Part shown: positions 36,983 to 46,676 of the stretch, piece after piece
How positions within the stretch are numbered: position 1 is the stretch's first letter
How the letters are laid out: every line of letters starts with the position of its first letter
Assembly: GCA_902630665.1 (NCBI GenBank)
Contig: CACOVP010000001.1
Location: 31,225 to 95,224, forward strand
Source of the DNA: an uncultured Pelagibacteraceae bacterium
GTDB taxonomy: Bacteria; Pseudomonadota; Alphaproteobacteria; Pelagibacterales; Pelagibacteraceae
Reading direction: 5' to 3'
DNA length: 64,000 bases
Notes under the pieces: generated by a model
What the model was told of the DNA's origin: nothing
What the model saw: the letters and a program-made list of their open reading frames with translations, nothing else
Databases searched by the model: none
Position numbers and translations under genes: made by a program

Positions 36983-38464
36983 ATGAAGCTTTTTATAATT
37001 TTAGGAAATCAACTTTTTAACCCGAAATATCTCTCTGACTATAAAGACCATACTTTTTTTATGGCAGAAGATTATGGACTATGTACTTTTGAAAAACATC
37101 ACAAATTAAAAATACTTTTATTTTTGTCTTCAATGAGATCGTTTAAGGATGAGCTAAAATCTAAAAATTTTAATTTAATTTATAAAGATGTTAATAAGGA
37201 TTTTAAATTATCCTATGAAAAAAAATTAGAAAGAACTATTAAAGAAAAAAAGATAAAGGAAATTACATTTTTTGAAATTGAGGATAAATTTTTTGAAAAA
37301 AGAATATTGAATTTAGGAAAAAAAAATTTACTTAAAATTAATCAGATTAAGTCTCCAATGTTTTTAATGGAAAGACAAGAGTTCAAAGATTACCTTTCTA
37401 AAAACAAGCGGCCTTTCATGGCAAATTTTTATAAAATTGTAAGAACAAAAATGAATTTATTAATGAATAAAAATGGAACTCCAAAAGGAAATAAGTGGAG
37501 TTTCGATGAAGATAATAGAAAAAAACTTCCTAATACTATTAAAGTCCCTTTAATTTCTAAAGTAAAAGAGACAAAAGACACTGTTACTCTCAAAAAATTT
37601 ATAAATTCTAATTTTAAAGATCATCCAGGAAATACTGAAAAGTTTTGGTTTCCAACAACACGAAAAGACGCAAACAAATGGTTAGATGAGTTTTTGAAAG
37701 ATAGAATAAAGCTTTTTGGGGATTACGAGGATGCGGTTACAGACAAATCAAATACTGTTTTTCATAGCGCGCTAAGTCCACTTATAAACTTAGGTTTAAT
37801 AGCTCCAGAAGAGATAATAGAGAAATTAAGAAAGATTGAAAATAAAGTACCTATAAATTCCTTAGAGGGTTACATAAGACAAATTATAGGTTGGAGAGAG
37901 TTCATGAGAGGAATTTACCAAAACTATGATCAACGATTGGACAACACTAATTTTTTTAATCATAAAAGAAAAATGAAAAAATCCTGGTATGATGGAAGTA
38001 CTGGTTTAGATCCATTAGATCATGCAATCAATAATGCTAAAAACTTTGGCTGGTCACATCATATAGAGAGACTAATGATATTGGCTAACATAATGAATCT
38101 TTGTGAGATAAATCCTAAACAAGTTTACAAATGGTTTATGGAAATGTTTGTAGACTCATCTGACTGGGTAATGGCGCCAAATGTTTATGGAATGGGATTG
38201 TTTAGTGATGGTGGAATATTTGCAACTAAACCTTATATTTGTGGCTCTAGTTATTTTCTTAAAATGATGCATTTTAAAAAAGGTCCTTGGTGTGATGTAA
38301 TGGATGGATTGTATTGGAAGTTTATAGACAGACATAAGAAATTCTTTTTAAAAAATCCTCGGCTTGCAATGATGGTTAGAGTTTCTGAAAAAATGAATAA
38401 AGAGAGAAAAACAAGAATTTTTAAAGCTGCCAATAATTTTATAAAAGAAAATACTAATGGTTAA
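36983..38464 (+). CDS. Bacterial (6-4) photolyase/cryptochrome (PhrB/CryB clade)
   Basis: ILGNQLF, HHKLK, KWSFDEDNR, FGDYEDA, FHSALS..NLGL, EGYIRQIIGWRE, HHIERLM, DWVMAPNVYGM, TKPY. Confidence 0.9.
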   Translation: MKLFIILGNQLFNPKYLSDYKDHTFFMAEDYGLCTFEKHHKLKILLFLSSMRSFKDELKSKNFNLIYKDVNKDFKLSYEKKLERTIKEKKIKEITFFEIEDKFFEKRILNLGKKNLLKINQIKSPMFLMERQEFKDYLSKNKRPFMANFYKIVRTKMNLLMNKNGTPKGNKWSFDEDNRKKLPNTIKVPLISKVKETKDTVTLKKFINSNFKDHPGNTEKFWFPTTRKDANKWLDEFLKDRIKLFGDYEDAVTDKSNTVFHSALSPLINLGLIAPEEIIEKLRKIENKVPINSLEGYIRQIIGWREFMRGIYQNYDQRLDNTNFFNHKRKMKKSWYDGSTGLDPLDHAINNAKNFGWSHHIERLMILANIMNLCEINPKQVYKWFMEMFVDSSDWVMAPNVYGMGLFSDGGIFATKPYICGSSYFLKMMHFKKGPWCDVMDGLYWKFIDRHKKFFLKNPRLAMMVRVSEKMNKERKTRIFKAANNFIKENTNG

Positions 38465-38816
38465 AGTTTTTTTTAATAATTCATGTAATATTTGTAGAGC
38501 CGAAATCAATCATTATAAAAAACATAGTGATGACAGCGTAGAATGGGTAGATGTAACTAATAATGAAGAAGCTCAGAAAATTACCTCAAAATCATATGAA
38601 GAACTTTTAAGAAGAATGCATGTTATACAAGACGGTAAAGTAATTGATGGAGCAGAGTCTTTTTTAATAATTTGGAAAAATGTTCCTAAATATAATTTTT
38701 TATATAGAATATTTAAAATTAAACCTCTATTTTTCATTTTAAATATTTTCTATGAGATTGCAGCTTATTTTCTATTTATAAAAAATAAACACCTTCTGAA
38801 AAATGAAAAAAGCTAA
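38457..38816 (+). CDS. DUF393/DCC thiol-disulfide oxidoreductase
   Basis: [25 protein letters not shown]. Confidence 0.8.
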   Translation: MVKVFFNNSCNICRAEINHYKKHSDDSVEWVDVTNNEEAQKITSKSYEELLRRMHVIQDGKVIDGAESFLIIWKNVPKYNFLYRIFKIKPLFFILNIFYEIAAYFLFIKNKHLLKNEKS

Positions 38817-38928
38817 TTTACCCAAAAAAACTTGCCCAGTTTGTAATAAACCTTTTACTTGGAGAAAAAAATGGAGACTAAATTGGGATAAAGTAAAATA
38901 TTGTTCTAAGAGGTGTTCCTCTAAATAA
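38803..38928 (+). CDS. DUF2256 family zinc-finger peptide (41 aa)
   Basis: Not in the ORF track: [41 protein letters not shown]. Confidence 0.85.
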   Translation: MKKANLPKKTCPVCNKPFTWRKKWRLNWDKVKYCSKRCSSK

Positions 38929-38929
38929 A

Positions 38930-40066
38930 TTATTGTAAATTAAAATTAGTCAAAATTTTAGGAATATTGTTTTTAAAATTAAAAAATCCTTTGTTAGAAA
39001 ACTGCCAAGAAAATTTATCTTCCTCACTCAAAACGAAATTTAATTCTAAATTTCGCTTTTTTCTTATAGAATTTAAAAAAGAAAAATTCTCTCCAATGGT
39101 GGGGTGGACAACATCAAATGAGTTAATTTCATCTGCAAGAGTTTGAAATTTTACCTCATCTATGATTTGTAAATCTTCAAATCTTTTTTTTTGGTCATCA
39201 ATTATTTCTGATTTATAATCAAGTACCTTTTGTCCAAGCTTTATTCTTCGAGCATCATTGCTCAATAAAACTAAGTAAATATTTTTATATTTTTTTAAAT
39301 TTTTATTTTCTAAATTTAATTCGTTCTCAAAGAGTAATAAATTTTCATTTGAATTATCTTCTGTAATTAAATTAAGTGGATTTAATTTATATTCTCTTTT
39401 GTCTGTTATAGGTAAAGCGTTCTCATTTAATTTAACATTCTTATATTTATTGTTAGTAAACTTGCTTATGTTCCATGATTGAGCGACATAGTGCTTTCCT
39501 TTAGTTTGAAGTCCAGCAACCCATCTCCAACTCAGTGTGTTAGAAGCAGCATCACCATCAAATAAATGTTTCATAAAAAACTCTGCTCCTTTCTGCCAAG
39601 GTAAATTTAAAGTAAATATCCAAATACTAGCAAACCACATTCTTGTATGATTATGTAAATAATTATTTTCTTTAAGCTCTTTTACCCAATCATTAAAACA
39701 TTCAATTTGAGTTTCGCCATTGATTGCTTTTTTATAATGATCATCTTCCTTTAATCCTTTTAAATCCTCTATAAAGTCAGTCCAAACTTGAGGCCTAAGT
39801 TCTAACCATCCTTTCCAATAAACTCTCCAAAATATTTCTTGAATGTATTTTTCAACTTTTTGATAAGGAAATTTTGATAAAACAGTTTTGGCAACTTCAT
39901 ATTCAGTTATTAATCTGTGAGAGATGTAAGGTGACAAGCAAGATACATTTGATTTGTCTTTTGGCCCTAAATCAAAATTTCTTTTGAAACTATAATTTGC
40001 TAATTCACTGTTTATAAAAGTATCGAGCTGTTTTAAAGCCCCGTCTCTTGAAATTTCGAATTTCAT
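38930..40066 (-). CDS. Short DNA photolyase with N-terminal FAD domain (NewPHL-like inverted order)
   Basis: SCLSPYI within the first 50 aa, QEIFWR.YW, YLHNHTRMWFAS, DGDAASN.LSWRWVAG. Confidence 0.85.
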   Translation of the reverse strand: MKFEISRDGALKQLDTFINSELANYSFKRNFDLGPKDKSNVSCLSPYISHRLITEYEVAKTVLSKFPYQKVEKYIQEIFWRVYWKGWLELRPQVWTDFIEDLKGLKEDDHYKKAINGETQIECFNDWVKELKENNYLHNHTRMWFASIWIFTLNLPWQKGAEFFMKHLFDGDAASNTLSWRWVAGLQTKGKHYVAQSWNISKFTNNKYKNVKLNENALPITDKREYKLNPLNLITEDNSNENLLLFENELNLENKNLKKYKNIYLVLLSNDARRIKLGQKVLDYKSEIIDDQKKRFEDLQIIDEVKFQTLADEINSFDVVHPTIGENFSFLNSIRKKRNLELNFVLSEEDKFSWQFSNKGFFNFKNNIPKILTNFNLQ

Positions 40067-40266
40067 TAATCTTCGTCATCCCTCCACCCATCAATAAAAA
40101 GTTTCCAGCATGCAAATGATACACAAACAATTCCAACGCAAAAACCTAAAAGTACTCCGTTATGTTTACCTAAATATATTGTTCCATAGTGAGTGCTTAG
40201 TATTGGTGGCAAAACTAAAATTGCTCCAATGATCAAATATCGTATGGCAAATGGAGGTCTTTTCAA
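40066..40266 (-). CDS. Small 2-TM hypothetical protein
   Basis: 66 aa, two hydrophobic segments, coupled to both neighbours. Confidence 0.65.
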   Translation of the reverse strand: MKRPPFAIRYLIIGAILVLPPILSTHYGTIYLGKHNGVLLGFCVGIVCVSFACWKLFIDGWRDDED

Positions 40267-40718
40267 ATTGAATTTCCTTGATCAAGTGGCATTGAAACTG
40301 CAGTTGTAAACCAACAATTTATACAATTTTCCTCATTGCCTTTACTTACATGCCATTCATAAAAAAATTGTTGCTTCTCATCACTTAACACTTTCACTCC
40401 ATAAACAAATTTATTTTCGGTATTCGTAATTAAATCTATCTTATGTGAAAAATGGTTTAAAAGAATTCTATAATGTACATCATAAAGCATAATTCTAAAT
40501 CTAGGATATGGCCCAGTCATTTTTTTGTTATCTGGATGAGCAAATATCCATGTTTGTTTAATGCCGTTATCTTTGTCATCATTATTTTTGAGAGCATCTA
40601 ATTGTATTTTTATAACATCGTAGGCAGATAAATTTTCAGCTGGTTTTATCATTTCTGCATTTGCTGAATTAATAAAACCTAGAAAAAAAATTGCTATAAT
40701 TATTTTTTTCAATTCCAT
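40263..40718 (-). CDS. Exported DUF4864-like protein
   Basis: Signal peptide; VIKIQLDAL..ND, FAHP.N...TGP..RF..M, CW.T..V. Confidence 0.65.
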   Translation of the reverse strand: MELKKIIIAIFFLGFINSANAEMIKPAENLSAYDVIKIQLDALKNNDDKDNGIKQTWIFAHPDNKKMTGPYPRFRIMLYDVHYRILLNHFSHKIDLITNTENKFVYGVKVLSDEKQQFFYEWHVSKGNEENCINCWFTTAVSMPLDQGNSI

Positions 40719-41278
40719 ATTTTTCTCAAGGTATCTTCTCTTTTACACCCATTTTTGTACATCAAGTAACGAATAAAATTTTTCTCATAATAATCTTGGT
40801 GATAATCTTCTGCAGGATAGAATTTCTTGAATTTCCAAACTAAAGTGACTATTTTCCTGTCGAATTTACTTTCCAAATTTTTAAAAGATTTATTAATAAA
40901 TTCTTTCTCTAGTTGATTCTGGAAAAAAATTACTGATCTATAGCTCTTACCTTTGTCACAAAACTGACCCTCTGAGTCGAAAGGATCTATATTTCTCCAA
41001 TAAATATTTAAAAGATTTTCATAACTCACAACTTTGGAGTCATATGTAATTTCTATAGCCTCTACATGGCCGGTATCTTTATAAATAACATCTTGATAAG
41101 TAGGATTTTTTAAGTGACCTCCTGAATATCCGGAAATAGATGAAATTACTCCCTCTATTTGATCAAATGATTCTTCCATACACCAAAAACAACCGCCAGC
41201 AAAATAGGCCTTTTTTTCTTCTGCATACAAATTAAAATTTAGAGTGAATACAGTGACAAAAAGTAAAATTTTTTTCAT
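40709..41278 (-). CDS. msrA: Exported methionine-S-sulfoxide reductase
   Basis: FAGGCFWCME, SGYSGG, GH.EA, GQFCDKG, FYPAEDYHQDYY; signal peptide. Confidence 0.95.
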   Translation of the reverse strand: MKKILLFVTVFTLNFNLYAEEKKAYFAGGCFWCMEESFDQIEGVISSISGYSGGHLKNPTYQDVIYKDTGHVEAIEITYDSKVVSYENLLNIYWRNIDPFDSEGQFCDKGKSYRSVIFFQNQLEKEFINKSFKNLESKFDRKIVTLVWKFKKFYPAEDYHQDYYEKNFIRYLMYKNGCKREDTLRKIWN

Positions 41279-41302
41279 AAATTAAATGATATATTAAAAG
41301 TC

Positions 41303-41617
41303 ATGAAACGCGATGAATTTATTGTCGTAGAGGGTATTCATAAAAATCCCAATGATATAAATACTTTAGACGAAAAATCTAAAATTGAACACGGTCCTTA
41401 TAATAAAATAGAGGCTGAGAAGGTAGCTAAAGGATTAATTCAAAAAAACATTGACAATTTTTATCATAGAGCTTGGGTAATAAATCAAGATATTGAACTA
41501 AATAATATTTGTGAAGAGTGTAAAAAAGAAGATGAAAGTGTTAAGCAAAATCTAATTATGCACAGTTACAAAATTTGTAATAGCTGTAATTTAGCTAAAA
41601 CAATTTTTCCTCTTTAA
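41303..41617 (+). CDS. Hypothetical protein with C-terminal CxxC...CxxC
   Basis: HGPY..EA N-terminal domain; CEEC...CNSC tail. Confidence 0.65.
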   Translation: MKRDEFIVVEGIHKNPNDINTLDEKSKIEHGPYNKIEAEKVAKGLIQKNIDNFYHRAWVINQDIELNNICEECKKEDESVKQNLIMHSYKICNSCNLAKTIFPL

Positions 41618-42135
41618 AATCCTTTAAATAAAACAATTATCAAAAATAAGAAAAAGGCTTGGAACAACCATGAAACAACTACAACTCCAAAAGCCTTCCA
41701 AAGACTTTCGTAATCTAATGCGGATTTCACAGCCACAACCATGCAAGCAAGCATCCAAAAAGCTGAACCTATAAAAGTTACTGTCATCAGTTCTGGTGTA
41801 ACACCAAATACTCTAATAAGACCTGGTGCACTTGAAAATCCTATAGTTCTTAGAAGTTCTCCATGATTACTTTTTGTATTAGGATCTCTAAATAATTTTA
41901 CGCCAACAAAATAAATTACGTAAGCCCAGACATACCAGCTTAGTAAAGACAATGCAGGAGCTGCTAAAAAATTTGATGCACCTAAGTGAATTGAACCAAC
42001 CCCTGCAGCTAAACTAGATAAAACTACTACTAATCCAGCCTGAAAAGTTGCTTTTTTGTCCTTTTCAACTTCCTCATAAAGTTCTATGTCTATTTTGATT
42101 GCTCTAAAAACTCTGTTAATAAATAAATTAATCAT
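41614..42135 (-). CDS. YIP1-family membrane protein
   Basis: YEEVE.D..AT.QA..VV, LLRTIGF..APG, VVAVK.ALDY. Confidence 0.75.
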   Translation of the reverse strand: MINLFINRVFRAIKIDIELYEEVEKDKKATFQAGLVVVLSSLAAGVGSIHLGASNFLAAPALSLLSWYVWAYVIYFVGVKLFRDPNTKSNHGELLRTIGFSSAPGLIRVFGVTPELMTVTFIGSAFWMLACMVVAVKSALDYESLWKAFGVVVVSWLFQAFFLFLIIVLFKGF

Positions 42136-42136
42136 A

Positions 42137-42925
42137 TTAAGTAAAAGGTTTTAGTAATCTTAGAATTTTCATATGTAAAGCTTTATTAGATGAAGCTACA
42201 ATATTCCCGCCCTTTTCTGCTCTTTCGTTTTTCCAATTAGAAACTACAGCACCTGAATTTTTTAAAATTGGTATTAATGGCAATATATCATAAGGTTTTA
42301 GATTAGCTTCAATTACAGCATCAACTGTCCCTTCAGCTAATAGGCAATAATTTAATGCATCAAATCCTGCTAATCTGAACGACCAACCAAACTTCTTTAT
42401 AACTTTTTTTTGTTTTTCATAACTTAATGTCCCATGAAAATTACCAATAATTTTAATTTTTTTTAAATTATGATTTCTCGATGATTTTAAAGTAAAACTT
42501 TTATTATTTTTGAAAACATAAGATTTTTTTTCATCGTTAATATAAAATTTATTTAGTTCTGGGAAATTAGCTAAACCTAAAACAGATTTATCATAATATG
42601 ATAAGCTCACTAAATTAGACCACGTGGGAGCTCCAATAACAAAGGCTCTTGTTCCATCTATAGGATCTATAGACCATTTAAAATGGTTTTTAGAAAATTT
42701 ATCATTAAACTCCTCTCCAATTATTGAGTCTTTTGGAAATTTTTTGTTAATTAATGTACGAATATACTTCTCAAAGGCTTTATCAAAATTCGTGACTGGA
42801 TCAAAATTTTTTTTAGATTTTGATTTATTTTTAACTTTTACGCTCAATTTAGATTTTTTTATATAAAAAGAGTTTAATTTTGAAGGTAATTTTTTTAAAA
42901 AGTTGAATGATTTTTTATAATTCAT
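42137..42925 (-). CDS. Inositol monophosphatase family (HisN-like)
   Basis: FDPVT..D, IIGEE, IDPIDGTRAF, LKPYDI. Confidence 0.85.
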   Translation of the reverse strand: MNYKKSFNFLKKLPSKLNSFYIKKSKLSVKVKNKSKSKKNFDPVTNFDKAFEKYIRTLINKKFPKDSIIGEEFNDKFSKNHFKWSIDPIDGTRAFVIGAPTWSNLVSLSYYDKSVLGLANFPELNKFYINDEKKSYVFKNNKSFTLKSSRNHNLKKIKIIGNFHGTLSYEKQKKVIKKFGWSFRLAGFDALNYCLLAEGTVDAVIEANLKPYDILPLIPILKNSGAVVSNWKNERAEKGGNIVASSNKALHMKILRLLKPFT

Positions 42926-42960
42926 TATGTGTATATAACTTAATTTAAAAAAAAATATAT

Positions 42961-43431
42961 ATGAAAATTCCTAAAAGTTTCAATCCGTTAATTGTTGGGA
43001 TAGCCGCCTCATTAATAATAGGAACATTATCTTTTTTAAGCTTTGAAACATCCACAGGATTTTGGTTAATTTTCTCTTTTGGATCCACAACTTTGATAGT
43101 TTTAGTTTTTTATGAAAGCGAATTTGCTCAACCTTCCAACATCCTTTTTGGACACCTCTTAGGAATTACTATAGGAATATTATTTAATGAATTTCTTGGT
43201 ATATCATTTATTACCCTTGGATTATCAGTTGGTTGCACAGTAACATTAATGATGTATTTAAAAATTATTCATCCGCCTGCAGCAGCAAATCCTTTAATAG
43301 CTTTGTTCGCAGATGTATCTCTCAATTATATTATTTTTCCTGTATTAGTTGGTAGTATCTTAATAATTATTTTATCAGTTTTCATAAACAAAATTATTTT
43401 AAACAGACCTTATCCGAAAAGATGGTATTAA
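42961..43431 (+). CDS. HPP family membrane protein
   Basis: SFGST, AQP.N..GH, HPPAAANP. Confidence 0.9.
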   Translation: MKIPKSFNPLIVGIAASLIIGTLSFLSFETSTGFWLIFSFGSTTLIVLVFYESEFAQPSNILFGHLLGITIGILFNEFLGISFITLGLSVGCTVTLMMYLKIIHPPAAANPLIALFADVSLNYIIFPVLVGSILIIILSVFINKIILNRPYPKRWY

Positions 43432-43892
43432 TTAAGTAAGTATATTGAAAAATTTAAAATTAACGCATAGCTAGACCAAGTCAGGTAGGGCACCATTAAG
43501 TAAAAACAAATTTTATCTTTTATATAGTATTCTTTCATCAAAATTATTATAAAAATTAAAATCACAATAAGATTTATTAATGCAAAACCAATTTGATGAA
43601 ATCCGAAAAATATAATAGTCCATGTACTGTTAAAAAATAAATGTACAAAATAAAGTTTAAGAACTTTGCTATTGAAAGTATTTATCCATATTTTCCAAAT
43701 TGCTATAGACATCATGAGATATAGAGTTGACCAAACTGGTGCGAATACCCAACTTGGAGGATTGAAACTTGGCAATATTATTTCTGAATACCAAGGCTCC
43801 TTAAACTGAGATGTGGCATAGCTTCCCATTAAAGGGGCTATAAAGGTTATAATTAATATTATACTTAAAGATAAATATTTATTCTTTGTCAT
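43428..43892 (-). CDS. tspO: TspO/MBR tryptophan-rich sensory protein
   Basis: WY, PSFNPPSWVFAPVW..LY, N.TW..IFFG, PYL.W. Confidence 0.92.
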   Translation of the reverse strand: MTKNKYLSLSIILIITFIAPLMGSYATSQFKEPWYSEIILPSFNPPSWVFAPVWSTLYLMMSIAIWKIWINTFNSKVLKLYFVHLFFNSTWTIIFFGFHQIGFALINLIVILIFIIILMKEYYIKDKICFYLMVPYLTWSSYALILNFSIYLLN

Positions 43893-43913
43893 AGAATAAG
43901 ATATAACTAATAA

Positions 43914-44666
43914 ATGTCTGAAAATCAGAAAAAAATTTGGATTACTGGTGCCTCTAGTGGAATAGGAAAAGCCGTTGCTGAAATGTTTGCAAGTCAGGGG
44001 TGGAAAGTTGCTGTCTCTGCAAGAAGAAAAGAGTTATTAGATGAATTAGCCAAAAATGAGAATATATCATCTTTCCCTTTAGATGTAACAGACCAATCTC
44101 AGATAAAAAATGTATTTAAAAATATTTTAAATGAATTTGGTGATTTAGATATTTGTTTATTCTCTAGCGGAACATATGAACCTAAAGATGAAAAAAGTAT
44201 TGATCCTGATAAAATTAAAAATGTCATAAATGTAAATTTTTTGGGTGTCATTGATTGTGTAAAAGCTGTTGAAGATTACTTTAAAAACAGAAAATCTGGT
44301 CATATTTCGATCGTTTCTTCTATCGCAGGCTACAGAGGATTGCCTAATTCAAGTGGCTATGGTCCTTCAAAAGCTGCTTTAACAAATTTTAGTGAAAGTA
44401 TTTATTTTGATTTTAAAAAATTTGGAGTGAGAGTTTCAATCGTCTCTCCTGGGTTTATTAAAACTCCTTTAACGGATAAAAATGAATTTCCTATGCCATT
44501 TTTAAAGACACCTGAATATGCTGCAGATAAAATTTATAATGGCTTAGTGAAAGGAAATGCTTTTGAAATTCATTTCCCAAAAGGTTTAACTTTAACTTTA
44601 AAATTTTTGAGAATATTGCCTTATAGAGTTTATTTATTTTTAGTAGACAAATTAGTTAAACGTTGA
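43914..44666 (+). CDS. SDR oxidoreductase
   Basis: WITGASSGIG, SS.AGYRGLP...YGPSK, PGFIKTPLTDKNEFPMPF. Confidence 0.9.
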   Translation: MSENQKKIWITGASSGIGKAVAEMFASQGWKVAVSARRKELLDELAKNENISSFPLDVTDQSQIKNVFKNILNEFGDLDICLFSSGTYEPKDEKSIDPDKIKNVINVNFLGVIDCVKAVEDYFKNRKSGHISIVSSIAGYRGLPNSSGYGPSKAALTNFSESIYFDFKKFGVRVSIVSPGFIKTPLTDKNEFPMPFLKTPEYAADKIYNGLVKGNAFEIHFPKGLTLTLKFLRILPYRVYLFLVDKLVKR

Positions 44667-44718
44667 ACTTGAGACAAAAAGTCTTTAATTATTGACTAAT
44701 AATTTTGTATTATTATTT

Positions 44719-44838
44719 ATGAGAAAAAAAATTTATAAAAACATAATTGTAGGTGGATTTTACTTTTTTTTAATTAAAGGATTAATATGGCTTGCTTTAA
44801 TCGTTGCAGCTGCCTTAGGAATTGGTAATTTTTTTTAA
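44719..44838 (+). CDS. Unannotated 39-aa membrane peptide
   Basis: MRKKIYKNIIVGGFYFFLIKGLIWLALIVAAALGIGNFF*; stop separated by 1 nt from the next ATG. Confidence 0.6.
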   Translation: MRKKIYKNIIVGGFYFFLIKGLIWLALIVAAALGIGNFF

Positions 44839-44839
44839 T

Positions 44840-45142
44840 ATGTACATAGCAATGAATAGATTTAAAATAGTCCTTGGAAAAGAAAAAGCTTTTGAAGATG
44901 TGTGGAAAAACAGAGAGACACATTTAGAAAATGTGCCGGGATTTAAAAAGTTTAATTTAGTTAAAGGAGAAAAAAAGGAAGATCATACACTTTATGCATC
45001 ACATAGTATTTGGAATTCAAAAGAAGATTTTGTAAATTGGACTAAATCTGAAGCTTTTAGACTTGCGCATAAAAATGCTGGTCAACACCAAAATCTATAT
45101 TTAGGTCATCCTAATTTTGAAGGGTTTGAAAAGGTAATTTAA
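44840..45142 (+). CDS. ABM-domain monooxygenase, IsdG/HmuQ-like heme-degrading
   Basis: MYIAMNRF (Asn), WTKSEAF..AH (Trp, His), GHP.FEGF. Confidence 0.8.
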   Translation: MYIAMNRFKIVLGKEKAFEDVWKNRETHLENVPGFKKFNLVKGEKKEDHTLYASHSIWNSKEDFVNWTKSEAFRLAHKNAGQHQNLYLGHPNFEGFEKVI

Positions 45143-45143
45143 A

Positions 45144-45554
45144 ATGGAAAATGAAGAATTTAACAAAGAATTTAGAGTTTTAAATTTAACAATTGAGAAA
45201 TTATCGCTTTATTATGGAATTTTTTTAATTATTTGGGGAATAATAGTAAGTTTTGTTAGCGGAAGTACATCTGCAACTTCTTATATTCCATCTTTTTTAG
45301 GTTTTCCTTTATTTGTTTTTTCATATTTAGCTATAAAGTTTCCATTAAAGAAAAAATTATTTATGCATATTGTTGTAATTTTTGGTCTTATTATTTTTCT
45401 TGGCGGGTTAGACTTTATTAGAACTTTAATAAGCGGATATGCATTTGAAAATTTTTGGGCAGATACGTCTAAAATAATGATGTTGCTGACTGGACTCTAC
45501 TTTGTAATTCAATGTGTAAGATCGTTTATCTTTGCAAGAAAAAATAGAGATTAA
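45144..45554 (+). CDS. Hypothetical 4-TM membrane protein
   Basis: TS.IP..G, MHI.V..GL, C..SF..AR. Confidence 0.7.
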   Translation: MENEEFNKEFRVLNLTIEKLSLYYGIFLIIWGIIVSFVSGSTSATSYIPSFLGFPLFVFSYLAIKFPLKKKLFMHIVVIFGLIIFLGGLDFIRTLISGYAFENFWADTSKIMMLLTGLYFVIQCVRSFIFARKNRD

Positions 45555-45565
45555 ATATTCAATTG

Positions 45566-46150
45566 TTATAAGTTTGATTCAACAAACTCCCAATTAATTA
45601 GTTTATCAAAAAAGTTTTCTAAGTAAGCTGGTCTTTTATTTCTGTAATCTAAGTAATAAGAATGTTCCCAGACATCACACCCTAATATAGGTTTCATATT
45701 ATGAATGATTGGGTTTTCGGCATTTGGTGATTTAGTTACTACAAGCTTATCTTCTTTTAAAGATAACCAGCACCATCCAGATCCAAACTGAGTGACTCCA
45801 GCATTGATAAATTCTTCCCTGAATTTTTCAAAACTTCCAAAATCTTGTTTAATTTTATTTTCAAGTTTTGATGGAACGTTTCCCCCTCCATTAGGTTTCA
45901 TGCATTTCCAAAAAAGATTATGATTCCAGTGTTGACTTGCGTTGTTAAAAATACCTGCCTTTTTTTCAGAGGATGATTTTTTAATTATTTCTTCCAGAGA
46001 CAATTTTTCATAATCAGAACCTTTTATAAAATTATTTAGATTTGTAATATATGTTTGGTGGTGCTTACCATGATGTAAATCTAAAGTTTGCTCTGACATT
46101 ATCGGAGAAAGAGCTGAATTAGCGTAATCTAATTTAGGAAGTTCAAACAT
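45566..46150 (-). CDS. sodB: Superoxide dismutase (Fe-type signature)
   Basis: HHGKHH, FNNASQHWNH, FGSGW, DVWEHSYY. Confidence 0.92.
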   Translation of the reverse strand: MFELPKLDYANSALSPIMSEQTLDLHHGKHHQTYITNLNNFIKGSDYEKLSLEEIIKKSSSEKKAGIFNNASQHWNHNLFWKCMKPNGGGNVPSKLENKIKQDFGSFEKFREEFINAGVTQFGSGWCWLSLKEDKLVVTKSPNAENPIIHNMKPILGCDVWEHSYYLDYRNKRPAYLENFFDKLINWEFVESNL

Positions 46151-46151
46151 T

Positions 46152-46676
46152 TTAATCTTTTACAAACATTACAGTTAATTCTGCAACTTTAATACCAAAT
46201 TTAGTCATTGTCGCTCTATTTATTGCCACACGCTCATCTTGCATAAAAATCCAATCATCAAAAGTAATTTTAACATTTTTGCCTTTAACTGGCACAAGCA
46301 ATACATACTCAAATTTAAAAGCTGGGCCATATGAATAACCTTTAGCTGTGCCTACAACGTCAGAAGCTGTTCCTTCATAATTATTTTCATCAATTTTTTT
46401 TATGGTCCATTGACGAGTTTGTCTTTCTCCATCGTTCCAATCAAAAACTTCGTCTAAAATTAGCTGTGACCCATCCCATTTTCCATTTAAATCTGCTTTA
46501 AATTGCCTTGTAACTTTCCCAGATCTATTTTGTAATACTCCCCAAGCTTTAACATTACCTGATAAATAATTTTCGATAACTAGTCTTGGTTTTTGGTCTT
46601 TAAAATCTGTTGGTTTCATTTTATTCGCGCATCCTGTTGTTAAAATTAGTAAACATAGTCCTATAAATTTTTTCAT
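46152..46676 (-). CDS. DUF3833 lipoprotein
   Basis: Lipobox TTGC; AWG..Q.R.G...R.F, A.DVVG.A.G, FDDW, KFG. Confidence 0.88.
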   Translation of the reverse strand: MKKFIGLCLLILTTGCANKMKPTDFKDQKPRLVIENYLSGNVKAWGVLQNRSGKVTRQFKADLNGKWDGSQLILDEVFDWNDGERQTRQWTIKKIDENNYEGTASDVVGTAKGYSYGPAFKFEYVLLVPVKGKNVKITFDDWIFMQDERVAINRATMTKFGIKVAELTVMFVKD

